Source of the DNA: Chrysomallon squamiferum
Taxonomy: Eukaryota; Animalia; Mollusca
Direction of reading: 5' to 3'
Assembly (NCBI GenBank): GCA_012295275.1
Contig: CM022669.1
Location: 6,510,001-6,574,000 of the forward strand
DNA length: 64,000 nt
Positions 28,028 to 40,736 of this stretch are shown here, piece after piece. A model generated the notes under the pieces. That model saw only the letters and a list, made by a program, of their open reading frames with translations, had not been told where the DNA came from and did no database searches. The position numbers and the translations under genes are program-made. Position 1 is the first letter of the stretch; each line of letters starts with the position of its first letter.

Positions 28028-31000
28028 GAAGTAGAGGTTTAGATTTTGAAACAGAACAATTAATAGTCATTACCTAGTAGCTATTAATGTTATAGTGTAA
28101 TCCCATGCAATTAAAACATTTAAAAAAAATGATACTGAAGTTTTTAATAATATAGTCCACAGCTTAAATGATGTATTCTGTTCAATTGCAATTGCAGTGG
28201 TTATGTAGGTCACAGTTAAATTTAGTTACGACAGTAGGATAATAAAAACAAATGTATAATTAAATGTTATTTTAAAATTAGAAACAAGTATTACATAGGT
28301 ATTTGGCACCCCAAAAAATAAAATAAAAATAAATACTTTAGGTCACCATGTCTTGGAAAATAAATAATTGAAATCCAGTGTTTGTTAACTGTTCTGAAGT
28401 TTAACATGTATGATGGTTGGAACTGGCTATTAATGATATAGCAGTTGTAGTCTGAATTTTTTTTTTTTTTTTTTTTTTCCCCTGTGACATCACTTAAGCA
28501 TCCTGAATTATTTTCTGCTGATAAATGATATAAAGACAAAGATTTTTTTTGACTTGCACAGAACATGTAAGGTATTTTAATAAAAATATTTAATCAGTCA
28601 AAAATGAAAAACCAAAATAATCCAACCAATGGCATATAAATATTTAAAAATATTTTCATATTTGTTTTTAGTGTTAAGATGTGGAAAGAATGCAAAATTC
28701 AGAATTTTTAAATATGCTACTATTCATTAAATGTTAAACCATGGACATTCTGAAAGGACTTCACTGCTTGAAGAAAAGGTTTTATAATTTTGACAAGCGG
28801 AAAATTTAGCATTAAAAAACCCTTTGTATTATTATGATGGAAATCATTTTAGTAACTATTTATTATTAAAAATAATCACAACACTGAATCCATTATGGTG
28901 TGTGTTTATTTTAACGGTTGCTGATGACATCAAATTTATTGTAGCCCAGACTTGTTCTACAAAAAGCCACACTGCCATGTTGTATAGAATAATTAGTGAA
29001 GGCAGCACACAAATTTGATAAAGGAGTTTGTACAGTGGGCAGTGGTTTTATAATAGTAAAATGATGAGTTTGTTAGACAGCATTTCAAGGTCTTCCATAA
29101 AGTGTGTATGTCCAGATGCAGAAGATCTGTTGACATGTATGTATAATATATATATGCAGTAAATACATTTGAAGAAAGTGACAGTGTTAGAATTTTAATT
29201 TCCAGTCAGATACTGAATATCATTAAAATATTAACTGTATTTTATCAAAGCTGTTGATGTAAAATGTAAGCAATTCATTTACATAATTATGTTTGAGCCA
29301 CTTTCTGTTGTTTATAGATATGTAACGTGATGTTGCATTAGGTTCATACATGCTTTATGGAAGTCCTTTGATCATATTTTCATTATAAAACTTTTATAAG
29401 CAGCTTACATTTCGTGTTTTGTAAGACTTGATACACATAATATTTGCCTTTGCTATTATTTTAGCTAGTATTTTGGATGTTTTATATACAGATGAACTTT
29501 GAAAAACTTCAATAGCAACAATTTCTTTTTCTTACATTTTAGTTTTTTATATAGTGAGAAAATCAGTAAGATTGGTCTTTGGGGTCAGTTTTAGATACAG
29601 TTTGTGTTTTTAGCTTTTGTGTTGTCGAGTTTGTAAGAGAAACTGAACTGGATATTATATGTTCCTTCCCTATAGTTTCCTTTGGTGCTTTCTGTGTTTT
29701 TATATTTAATATATTTACTGTCTGCATAAGACACATTATGCATGTTAATCATTGGTTTAATCCAGAGACTCTAAAATTTTGTGGGTCAGAATCCTTTTAA
29801 CAGTTAGGTAAATGGGAAGAAACTCATCTGCATAAAAATGCATCTTAACATTTGTCTCTGACCTTCCATTTTTCTCAGTGATTGTGTCATGCATACCTGT
29901 TTGCAAACAATAGACAGAACACCAGTTATCAATGTAAATAATTAAGAACAGAAACGATACAGTAAAAACTTAAAATACGGCAGCATTGATTTTGATTTAG
30001 ATTACAGAGGAAAACCTTTCTGTTAATTAATTGCAGTGAATTTCTGCCTCATTGTCATGTTAGAAATATATTTTTGACAATTAACATTATATGAACAAAT
30101 ATTATTTAATAATACTGACATGTTAATCCTCATTTTTATTTTTGAAGAATGAAATAACAGCAACAGTTAAAAAACAAAATTAGCTTTTCTTCATTCTTTG
30201 ATTCACAGACTGTTTTTAAAATTAAGGAGCCTGCAGCTTGCAAATTAATAAGAGTCTCTGGTTTAAAGAAATTAACTGAAAGGACTATATTGTATCTGCC
30301 TTAGCATTATAAACCATTTATTATTTTGTAATCAGCTATATGTTGCAGAAATCATTTATCTGTATTTATTATACAAAACTGGATAGCATAAAATGGGATC
30401 ATTTATCATATTTCCTATTAGCATCCTTGTAGTTGGTAATGAAATTACGCAAAACCTTGTAACTGGCTTGTAGCAATTCTGATTTTATCGAGACAAACAT
30501 TTCTGTTTTTAATCTGTTGGTCAAGGAAGATTGAATATAAGGGAGATGACTCCTCCAATATTTTACCACATTATGTCATAAAAATTCATTTGCAAGTTGT
30601 ATGAAAATTCCCTCATATTAGGATGTTTTCACATAGTTGCTCTTTCATATTAAAATGTTTACTGTACAGATGTGTTGTTATTATTTTTATTTTTTTAATG
30701 TATGTTGAAAACTAGCAAATAACAAATTTAAAATGTGATTATATGCACTGAAGATTCAGTTATTTCATTCTTGGGCAGAAATTCAACAAGTTGGGTTGTC
30801 TAGCAAGAAGTCATAGAAATAAAGGGACATTGATATTTTGATAGTATACCTGTCACAGTGTGTACCTAGTGTCTGTTACAGTTGAGGCAGATCCACACTG
30901 TCAGCACAGAAATTATGAGCTGGCATTCAGTTCAGCTTGAATAACATTCAGAGAGTACATGGGTACATACATGAACATCTGTTTTATTTATTTTTTTAGC

Positions 31001-31820
31001 CAAGGGTGTTCAGTGCAGCTGGGAACATCTTCCCATAATCTGCCCTTGATAGGTGTATGAAATTTTGTAAAAGGTTTAAACTAAGAAATCCCTGTAGACA
31101 TGTTTACTGGTTCTTAACTGATATTTGAAAATTATTGTTCACATTTTTAAAAGACCAGAATATTTTAAAATAAGTGATTAATCGCTGGACTGACCAGTCC
31201 AAAATAGTGATAAAATATTTTTATATTGATTAAAACTGAATGTTTTTAAAATTTATAAACAATACAATTTTTGAAAGTTTTGGTTTTTTTTATCATGATG
31301 GATATATAAATAATTCTGAAAAATAATATTCATTACAAAATATATATTTATATATTTTTATGAATGTAAATATATGTTATGTAATGCATTCATAATAATA
31401 AAATTTATCACAGTTACATAATATAGTTAAAATGTATCACGGATGTATATAATTTAACTAGTATTGCAATATGGTTCACAAACTGGTGTCTGATTCTGTA
31501 AATGTCAGATATAAATGTCAGTACTATGTCAGATATAAATATATCCATATATATAACCAATAGAGAATCTCTAAAACAGTCTGTGTTACACGATCTGTAT
31601 TCATTTCTCCAAATATTCAGATATAATCCCTAAGCTTGAACAGTCATTTTGCTGGGCTCTTCTGGTTATCCAAGAAGTTTAGAAACTACAATTGTTCTTA
31701 AATATTACCAACCAAAGTTAAAATTACAATGTTCAGCATTGTGATTAAATATTTAAATCTATCCCTAAACTGTTTTATAACATCACAGTTATTGCTGTCT
31801 CTTTGTTAGTCTTAATGTGA

Positions 31821-31939
31821 CACTAACATTTTCATCATGGAAACTTTACAGAATTCTACAGGATTTTGATTTACTACTACACTAACATTTTCATCATGGA
31901 AACATTTTACAGAATTCTACAGGATTTTGATTTACTACT
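31821..31939. repeat. ~59-bp tandem duplication covering the last codons and stop of the TIR gene
   Basis: cactaacattttcatcatggaaac(at)tttacagaattctacaggattttgatttactact occurs at 31821-31878 and 31880-31939. Confidence 0.92.
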
Positions 31940-32866
31940 TTCTGAATTCTTTATCTGACGAGGTTGAGTATTTGTTCTTGTATCTTCTGCACTTTGCTGT
32001 ATTTTCATTTTTTCTGACTCTACTCTTCTGCCATTATCTGCCTCTTTATTTCCTCTCTCTTGCTTCACTTGATGACTTGATGACAATTTCTCTTTGCTTT
32101 TATTTGACTGAGATACTGAACTTTCAACTTTATATTTACTTTCACTTTGTGACTGTGTTGTTAGCTGTGACTCTCTGATTTCAACAACATCTGAAATCTC
32201 AACTGAAGGCTTTTCTGGAGGTTTTGATTCCAGTAGGTTTGTTGACTGATCCCTGTCTGTCAATTCAAGCTTGTTCCTGTCATCTGTAGTTTGATTTCCT
32301 GACCATTCATCTGATAAAACAACTTTATCTTGGATATCTGAGGACTTAAGCTTTGGTTCTTGCAACCCAATAGCAGAGAACTGATTTTCTCTCCCTATAC
32401 TTCCAGATCCATTTTCAGTTTTTGTAGTAGATACTATTTCAGGAAGGTACTCATTGATTTTCGACAACAGCCTATCAAACTCAGGACCTTCCCACATCTG
32501 TTCAACATCATGGCTGAAATCAACATAAAGTAGCTGAGTAAAAACCATACTCATAGGACCAGATGGTGGCCATGTTATATCTTCTAACAGGAGTGGTATG
32601 ATTGGTTTCTTTAGTGCATCTGCTAGACTGACTTCACGTCTGCAGTTTGCTGACAGAGTGTATTTTTTGGTGACACATGATAAAATGACCTTGCTGCCTC
32701 TAACTCCTTTGTCAATTTTATCATAGAGAGAGTCACCACCTCCCATTTGATAGATATCCATCCAGCAGGGTGTCCCATGTTCTGTCAGTCGTTTGTACAG
32801 ATTTAACACTTGTTTTTGTTTCCCCCATTGGTAGGATATAAAAACTGCTGGAGATTGTTCTTCTTT
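31907..32866 (-). CDS. Terminal exon of TIR gene: second TIR_2-type domain, low-complexity S/E/K/Q tail, CaaX (SSKSKSCRIL*)
   Basis: ORF 31907..32884 with tttttcag acceptor at 32867/32868. Motifs VFISYQWGKQ, CWMDIYQMGGGDSL and SANCRREVSLADALKKPIIPL. Confidence 0.92.
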   Translation of the reverse strand, partial: KEEQSPAVFISYQWGKQKQVLNLYKRLTEHGTPCWMDIYQMGGGDSLYDKIDKGVRGSKVILSCVTKKYTLSANCRREVSLADALKKPIIPLLLEDITWPPSGPMSMVFTQLLYVDFSHDVEQMWEGPEFDRLLSKINEYLPEIVSTTKTENGSGSIGRENQFSAIGLQEPKLKSSDIQDKVVLSDEWSGNQTTDDRNKLELTDRDQSTNLLESKPPEKPSVEISDVVEIRESQLTTQSQSESKYKVESSVSQSNKSKEKLSSSHQVKQERGNKEADNGRRVESEKMKIQQSAEDTRTNTQPRQIKNSESSKSKSCRIL

Positions 32867-35800
32867 CTGAAAAAACAACAACATACAAATTTTTAATAAT
32901 ATATGGATATCACATGATTAAATAATCTTTTGAACTATACTTTAACATTTTTTAATAACGATATCTCAAATAAAAAATAAAAATAAAAATCCAAAACAAA
33001 AGAAACAGTAAAGCTATTATTTATGATTTATTATTTATTATAATTATATTTACTTTGTAGTTCTGTAACACTTAACAATGGACACTTGTACTATGAGATC
33101 TTTAAGAATGTTTAACTGGTGTAATACTCAAACATTTCAAAATAATTCCTAAAAATTGTAATGACGATGAACTCCAGTTATAATAATGATGATAACTGTG
33201 ATTGACTTGGTTAAATAAAGATATTTAAGACAGAGCAGTGGTACTTACTTCTGTGTTTATTTTTTGTTTAGAGTCTGGTTGTCTGGTGTGATCTCTTTTT
33301 GTAATTTTGACATCTTCAACCACAGGCAACCACCAGTCCTTGTATTCTAAATTAAAGTTTAAATACTGCTGCTATTTTTATTTTTGTTCATTTATAGTAG
33401 AAACTGTTTTATTTTTCTTCATTTATGGTATAAAAATTACCTATTATTAAGATAAAATAAGAAATCTGAAATACTTGAAATTATCTCTCTGTGTGTCTCC
33501 ACCCACTCTCCATCCCTTCCTCACACTCATACAAAGAAAAGTGCATGTGTCAACAAAAATTACTAACAATTTAAAAAAAAAAAATTAACATTGTAAAAGT
33601 AATGACAATTTAAAATATAACTACAAAAAAATAATACATTTAAAATACTGGCATTCTCCTTGCAAGAAAAATGAATTTAAATACAACACAATTTTTTGTT
33701 TTAAATTAAATAAAAATCTGAAAAAAAATATATTAGAATGCCTTTTTGTATCAAAATAGCAAAATAATTGTTTTCATAATAAAACATATCTACCTGGTAC
33801 AACTTTTGATTGATCTGGCATAATATTATTATAACTCAGCTGCATCAGCAGTTCTTGGAATTTTGGTGCAGCCCAGAATCTGTCATCAATAGTTTCCTCA
33901 TGCGGTCGCACAAAGAACCTGATAAAAAGGTATTCACTGAAGATGGGTCCCATCGAGCCAGGAGGAGGCCAACTGCAGTTTTCCATCAACAGAGGAATTA
34001 ATGATTTACCAATATTGACAGCAAGATTAACCTGGACAGGAGAAAACAAAAAAATGTAATTAAAATGATTCATAACACTGTGGCTGAATGTTCAAAACAA
34101 CAAAACCTTTCACTTTTTCTGACACTATTCTTATAAAACAATTTGTCATAAGACATGATGTAATATTTTCGCAAGGTCAATAAACCAAACTGGAACTTCA
34201 ATGCAATTTGATTATAATTCTTTATTAGTAAAGGTTGATATCTAGTCTTTAAAAGATATTTAGTCTTTCTGAAATAGCTAAATGCATTTAAGCTATAATT
34301 ACAAACATAAGACATAACATCTAACTTTAAACTTCAAAACCACATCACTAAAATTGCATTAAAAAAAAAATATATATATATATGCTTTTGAAACTGATAT
34401 AACTTACTTCTCGTTTACAGTTTGGTGACTTGGCATATTTTTCTGTGACACAGCAAATGACCACCTTGGCTGCCCTGATCCCCTGATCAATCTTCTCAAA
34501 CAGTTTGTCTCCCCCGCCCATCTGCCCCACATCCATCCAGCAGTTATATCCAGCCATTTCCAGATGGTGTACCAACATTTTAACCTCATTCTGATAGGCC
34601 CACTGATAGCTGATGAAGATAGGTGGAGGTTCTGGATAATCAAACTCTTCATCCTCCACTACAGACTCTGAATGTTATTAAACAAACACAATGTACTTTG
34701 CTGAAAGTTTTCTACAAAAATAGCTCACATATAGTCCTTATTGATAATGATATTAAATTAAAAGGTACAGTGATTCACCAAAAGATATTTTACTTTTAGC
34801 TAAATAAAATTATTCATCTTTCTTTACAGTCTCTGTTTTTAGCTACAATCATTTATAGTCAACAGCTTAATGGATCAATTCATTGTTTTCTATTCTGGTT
34901 CTAGGATTTAAGGAAATATCTAAAGATATTTTACATATTTATTTATTTATCATTATTATTCTTAAATTATTATTAGCAATAGTAGTAGTATTTCTTATTA
35001 ATACATCTATTATTATTTTAATTATTGTTTTTGTTTTTCTTTTGTGTTTATGCAGGCAAGAGGGTTGTTTAGTTTTATTTATTTATTTATTTTAAAATAT
35101 TTTTTTAAGTTCACTATATAATTAACAAAAAAGATTCTGAATAAAAAAATCTAAATACATTGTGATCTATATTTCAGAAATGTCGTTTTCAAAAGTGGTC
35201 ATAATATAAAAAAAATAAAAAAGGTAACAATACAACCTAATCATTCATGATAACACAGACTGTTAGGAAAGATACTTTTAAAAATTAGGTTCATGGTTTT
35301 TAATTTTATCCATTCTAGAGGTTACAATGCAGTTTTTTCATCTATCACAAACAAACATTTTTAAACCATTCACTGACAAACAGTTGATTTTCACACATGC
35401 TAATCTGATATTGTTTGTTTGTTATGAAAGTTATACTAATCACAATCATGAAACCTCCCTTTTTTGAAATGCTAGATATCCCCTACTTCAATCATAGTAA
35501 GGAACACCACAATTCTTCTCTTAAAAAGTCAGAAACTTCTTCATTTTTCTTGTTATTTAACTCAGTTTCAGCAGTTTGTTTTTGTAATCTCAGAATCTCC
35601 ATCTCTATATGGTGTTTCTCTTTAGCAGCTTCAAGTTTAAAATTTAACAAATCTAGTGTAGCTTTGTGTTCAATTTTTGTCATTTCTGTGAGAGATTCTA
35701 TTTCAGGAATGTCAGCATCTGGGATCCATTTTTTATCTTGCGTTAACATTTTTTTCTGGCATCCATTAGAAGCTGAAAAACATCATTGTTGTTGCTAAAA

Positions 35801-38220
35801 CTAGTCTGATATTTATTGTTATGTGCAGTAAAAAATAATAATTCTTGGGTAATGTCTGTCTACCTTTTATTATACTGTTATCACGTTGTTTTTTGCAAAT
35901 ACATAAGTCTTTGTATCTCTCTATGTTTTATATTTTTTCTAATTGCATAGAATGATTTAATGTATTATTCTTAATAACAGCAAAGGTTTTGCCTGGAACA
36001 CAATAGGTCTTAAATTCACAAGTAAAGCCATGACAGAGTAGTAACAGCAGTCATTGGTTTCATAATATCATTACCCAGAAATCATTAACTGACACACAAT
36101 AATATTAATACTAAAATCAGTTCTACAATTTTTAACTATTTTATTTACCTGCCATCTTCATAGCATTCTCCACAATAACTGCAGCATCCATCCTGTCCAT
36201 TTCCTGCAAGATGTTGAGGATGGCAAAAGTTGCTTCCCTTGTCTTGTGGGTAGAATACCACTCATTCAACATGGCCATGCATGGATCAGCTTGTTGTGAC
36301 CATGCTCTGATGTCATCATTGCTGTAACCAAGGCGACTGCTTAACAAACGCCAGTCATGTTCACTATGTGGATTCAATAGTTTCGAGATATCACGTGACC
36401 AGAATGGTGCATGGCTGAGTGTCTACAATTAATATATATTTTATCACATTAACATATATTTATATACAAAGACAAAATGTACAGAAATGCTGGTAGATGA
36501 CTGATGGATAGATGGGTGACTGGCTGGATAGCTATACAGATAGCAGACAATCAGAAAGATGGACAGATCAATGAATGGATATATAGATGCTGATAATAGA
36601 CAATGAAAAAGATTGACAGAGTGACAACTGATGGAGGAATAGAAAATTAAAATCAAATTCTAATAGAAAGACAAATGGACAGCTTGAGAGGACAGTGAGT
36701 CAAATAGATAGAAGAAAAAAAAATAGACAGTTTGTTGAGATATAAGAATATCAGACATATACAAGATAATCAAACAATAAAAAAGACACAAAATTAGCTA
36801 GCTAACTATAGATACATTTGAAAAAGGAAGAGAAAATACCATAACTGTCAATCATTAAATTGTGATTTCTGCATAAAGAAAAACAAAATGAATTTCTGAA
36901 CGAGACAAAGTACAATTACTTTGCTGTCTATCTCTTCCACTTTCACCACTGTTTCTTCCACAGTTTCCTGTAGATCATCCAGTTTCTGACCTTGTTGTTT
37001 GACATCATCCTTGACAATGTCCACATCGATCTTCTGCTTCTTCACCTCAGCAGACACCTCACTGATGTTTTCCTTATTAACTGTGACCCTTTCATCCAGC
37101 TCCTCAACATCATCTTTTACATCCTTGATGTCCTCAGACAATGCCATCAAACTAAATCATTTACCATTAACAATATTCATTTTAAAATGATCATAGAATA
37201 ATGCTCGATTATATTACATAGTTTGCTGAGTACTTCTTCCAAAACAAATAATCAAAACAAAAAACAAAACAGATTGTAAAAAATGTATTGGACTCAAAAC
37301 TAATAAAGTTTCTGAAATTGGGAAAATATAAACGAAAATTCAATGTTTATTGATATTTTACAATACACAGTCATCATTTTGTATTTCAGTCCAAAAATAT
37401 ATAAATGTTTTACCATACAGATAATTCTGATAAATCAAAATGAACTTTGATATAAAGATATAAAGGATTTTAATGTGTTCATTATTGGTTCTAGTATTCT
37501 TGACCCAATACACTGATATCCCAAAAGTACCCTTAATATCTAAGTTTAATTAGAGTAAAATCTATTATTTTGTGACACCTTTATTATGATTCTTGTTTAA
37601 ATCTGTTACATTTTCACAAGATCAAGATACTTACAAAATTAAAATAATGAAAAGATATGTTTTATAAATGAAATCACCCCAACTATTTGACATCATTCTC
37701 ACCTTCGTCCCTCCAGGACATCGATGATGTGAGTGCACGCATCCTGCAAGGACTGGTTATGAGTCGTCTGCTTCAAGTTTATGATCATAGATTTGCATTT
37801 TTCTAGAAGATGTCTGTGGACTAAACCAACAGCTCTCATCTCATTGAGTACCAAGTATTTCATCATCTGGTCATCTGGTTCCTTCAGTTCCTTTTCATAA
37901 TACTCCATAACACGTTCTGCTGTAGACTGTTAGACATGTTCAGATTGTAAATAAATGCATAAACATATGAATGAATGAATAAATAAACAAATGAATGAAT
38001 AAATGAACTTATAGATGAACATTATTATAGACTGACAGATAGAAAAATGTAAACAGATGTGAAAAAGAGAGATAACAAGACAGAAAGACAGAATGAAAGA
38101 TGAACTAAAAGAATGACTGATATCAAAATAAACAAACATACACAAATATAAATAATTATTTGTTTACATATTAACTGTGAAATTTCACTGATAATTTTAC
38201 TAGAATAGAGTATAAGTTCA

Positions 38221-38255
<35 letters not shown>

Positions 38256-40450
38256 TCCAGCATTTTTATATACATACATAACCACTGGACAGTACATAAA
38301 CCTACAGAACCAAAAATGATTTCATCAGTGTAACATTACCAGTGACTCTTACAGTATTTACCTCATCAGAATTCACTGCAATGTGTTTTAGAATGATAGC
38401 CATTTGATAGAGTCCATACTCTGGATGTATTTGGCCTTGGAGCAGACTGTCTAAATGTTTAGCCACTCTGTGAGGCCTTTTCTTTGCCAGGACATCCAGT
38501 ACTGAAAGATACTGAGAGTGGTTCATGTAACTCCCAGAAAACATTTCTTCTACTAGAGTGCCAATGTTGTCATCAGTGAAAAGCTGTTAAGAAAAAATCC
38601 TTCGTGAAATTAAAATTAAAATACAATAATGTTATCTATTTAAAACCATAAAATATAATTTAAAAAAAAAAAATATTAATAATGTTTTGCATGTAATGCC
38701 ATAAAATGTATTTAGAAAATAAAACATGTAGTACTTCATTTCTATATATAAACATAGAATAACCATGAAAAATATGCCTGAGATGGGAAGAAAAACAAAT
38801 AGCAAAATGCATTTTCTATACTTCTAAGTTACTGTTGCATTTGTAGCTAGTGATTTGTTAACAATAAAGCATAAGTAAAGAAATAACAAGTCTGAGTTTG
38901 AAAGTGTCAATTTCTTTTTTTTATTATGTATGCAAATAGAAAAGTAAAAAGAAGGTCTGGGTGAAAAAAGGTAATTTAAAAAAAAAAAAAAAATTGTTGT
39001 CTATATATGTCAGCTTATTGGGACTTTAATGTTATTTTAATTCTATGAATAGTAACAAAAAATGAAAATTGAAAGCCAGCAAAACAATCATTTGAAAGCA
39101 TATAAAATGTATTCATTTTTTTAGCTATTTGTTTACAGCTTAGATAAATGTATTAATTGGGATCTTTGTTGATACTACCACATACAAATTTTAAATAAAT
39201 ACATATAAAAACTTCCTATTATGACAGCTGTTATGGGTGAAAAACAGACATACTGAATAAACCACAAAACATCCATCATTAATTGTTATTGTAAATAATG
39301 GAAATCAAATCTCACATCTGGCTGTCGTTTTGCTATTTCTGGAAGCCATATCAGAATGGTTATGGCTGTATGTGGTTCCTTTATCATCTCAAAAAATGTC
39401 TGGAAGTGTGGACTAACAGACCTAGGACTGTATGGGTAAATCTGTATTATTGCAGCTGAAAAATATAAAACACACACATACACACGAAACATTTTATTTT
39501 CTGAATTGTATATATATATACACACACACACACACACATTTATTTAGAAAGAGAAATTTTTCATAATTATTCAACCAGTAATACTGTTTTTATTGTTTTT
39601 TGGTTATGAGTTTTAATTTCATGTTTTTAAAAATGAAAAATGTTTTTTAAAAATGTTTTGTAAAAATTCAAAACAGAAAACAACAACAAATTAATACATG
39701 TTATCATAAGTTAAACAATCTCGTAACTGATAATACCATTCTTTTTTTAATTACCACTGGCCTGCCTTATTTGTTGTATACATGGTTATGACAGTTCAAA
39801 AATATTTTTGAAAATTAAAAATGACTTTACTGTATCTAGAATACTGAACTCGGTATGAATTAAGTGAATTTTATGGGTTCTTGGTAGTGCAGTTTCAATT
39901 TATGAAAAAATACAGGATAAAATTACATTATTTTATATAAATGTCTTGAGCATCTGTAATTTCTATACATCAAAGGGGATTGGAACAACATACCTAGAGA
40001 TAAGGCAGGCCTATTGATGTTATTTTATTTTTATTTATTTTATTATTTTTTTATTATTATTATTTGTTTTACTTACTTAAAACCATTAACAGTTAATTAT
40101 TTTCTTTCTATTTAAACAACCTATTCATAATTTAAATCCTATAGCTGCATATTTCAAAGTTCTTTTTTTAAGAACAAAAATATCTTTTTAAATCACAAAC
40201 GTACATAAAAGAACAGTGACATCTTCATCAAGATAGACGTTGATAAGTTTGTCTAAATATGGAGCAAAATATTTTGGTCCTTGGCTTGCCACCATGGCCA
40301 CCATGGAGGAAGCTATTTCAACTACTTCTTTGTATTCATCAGTCAGACATTCAGTTAGATCTTTGATTAAACCCTCAAATCTGCTGATTTTATCTTCATC
40401 ATCCAACTGTAATGATAATAATAATAATAATAATAACAACAACAACATCA

Positions 40451-40487
<37 letters not shown>

Positions 40488-40607
40488 ATTTATCATCATC
40501 ATCATCATGTTCATTACAATAACAGCAATAAAAATACTAATAATAATAATGACAAAAACAATATCATGAGAAATAATAATTGTGATCATCAACATTATAT
40601 TTGTAGT

Positions 40608-40645
<38 letters not shown>

Positions 40646-40688
40646 GCATAACAAGAAATAATACATATTACACACACACAAACACACG

Positions 40689-40736
<48 letters not shown>

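Noticed and set aside
36149-36422. Calling the DD-TIR gene MyD88 or SARM1
   Set aside because: It has two TIR_2-type domains, no SAM domains, a ~960-aa N-terminal extension and a CaaX; neither orthology is supported.
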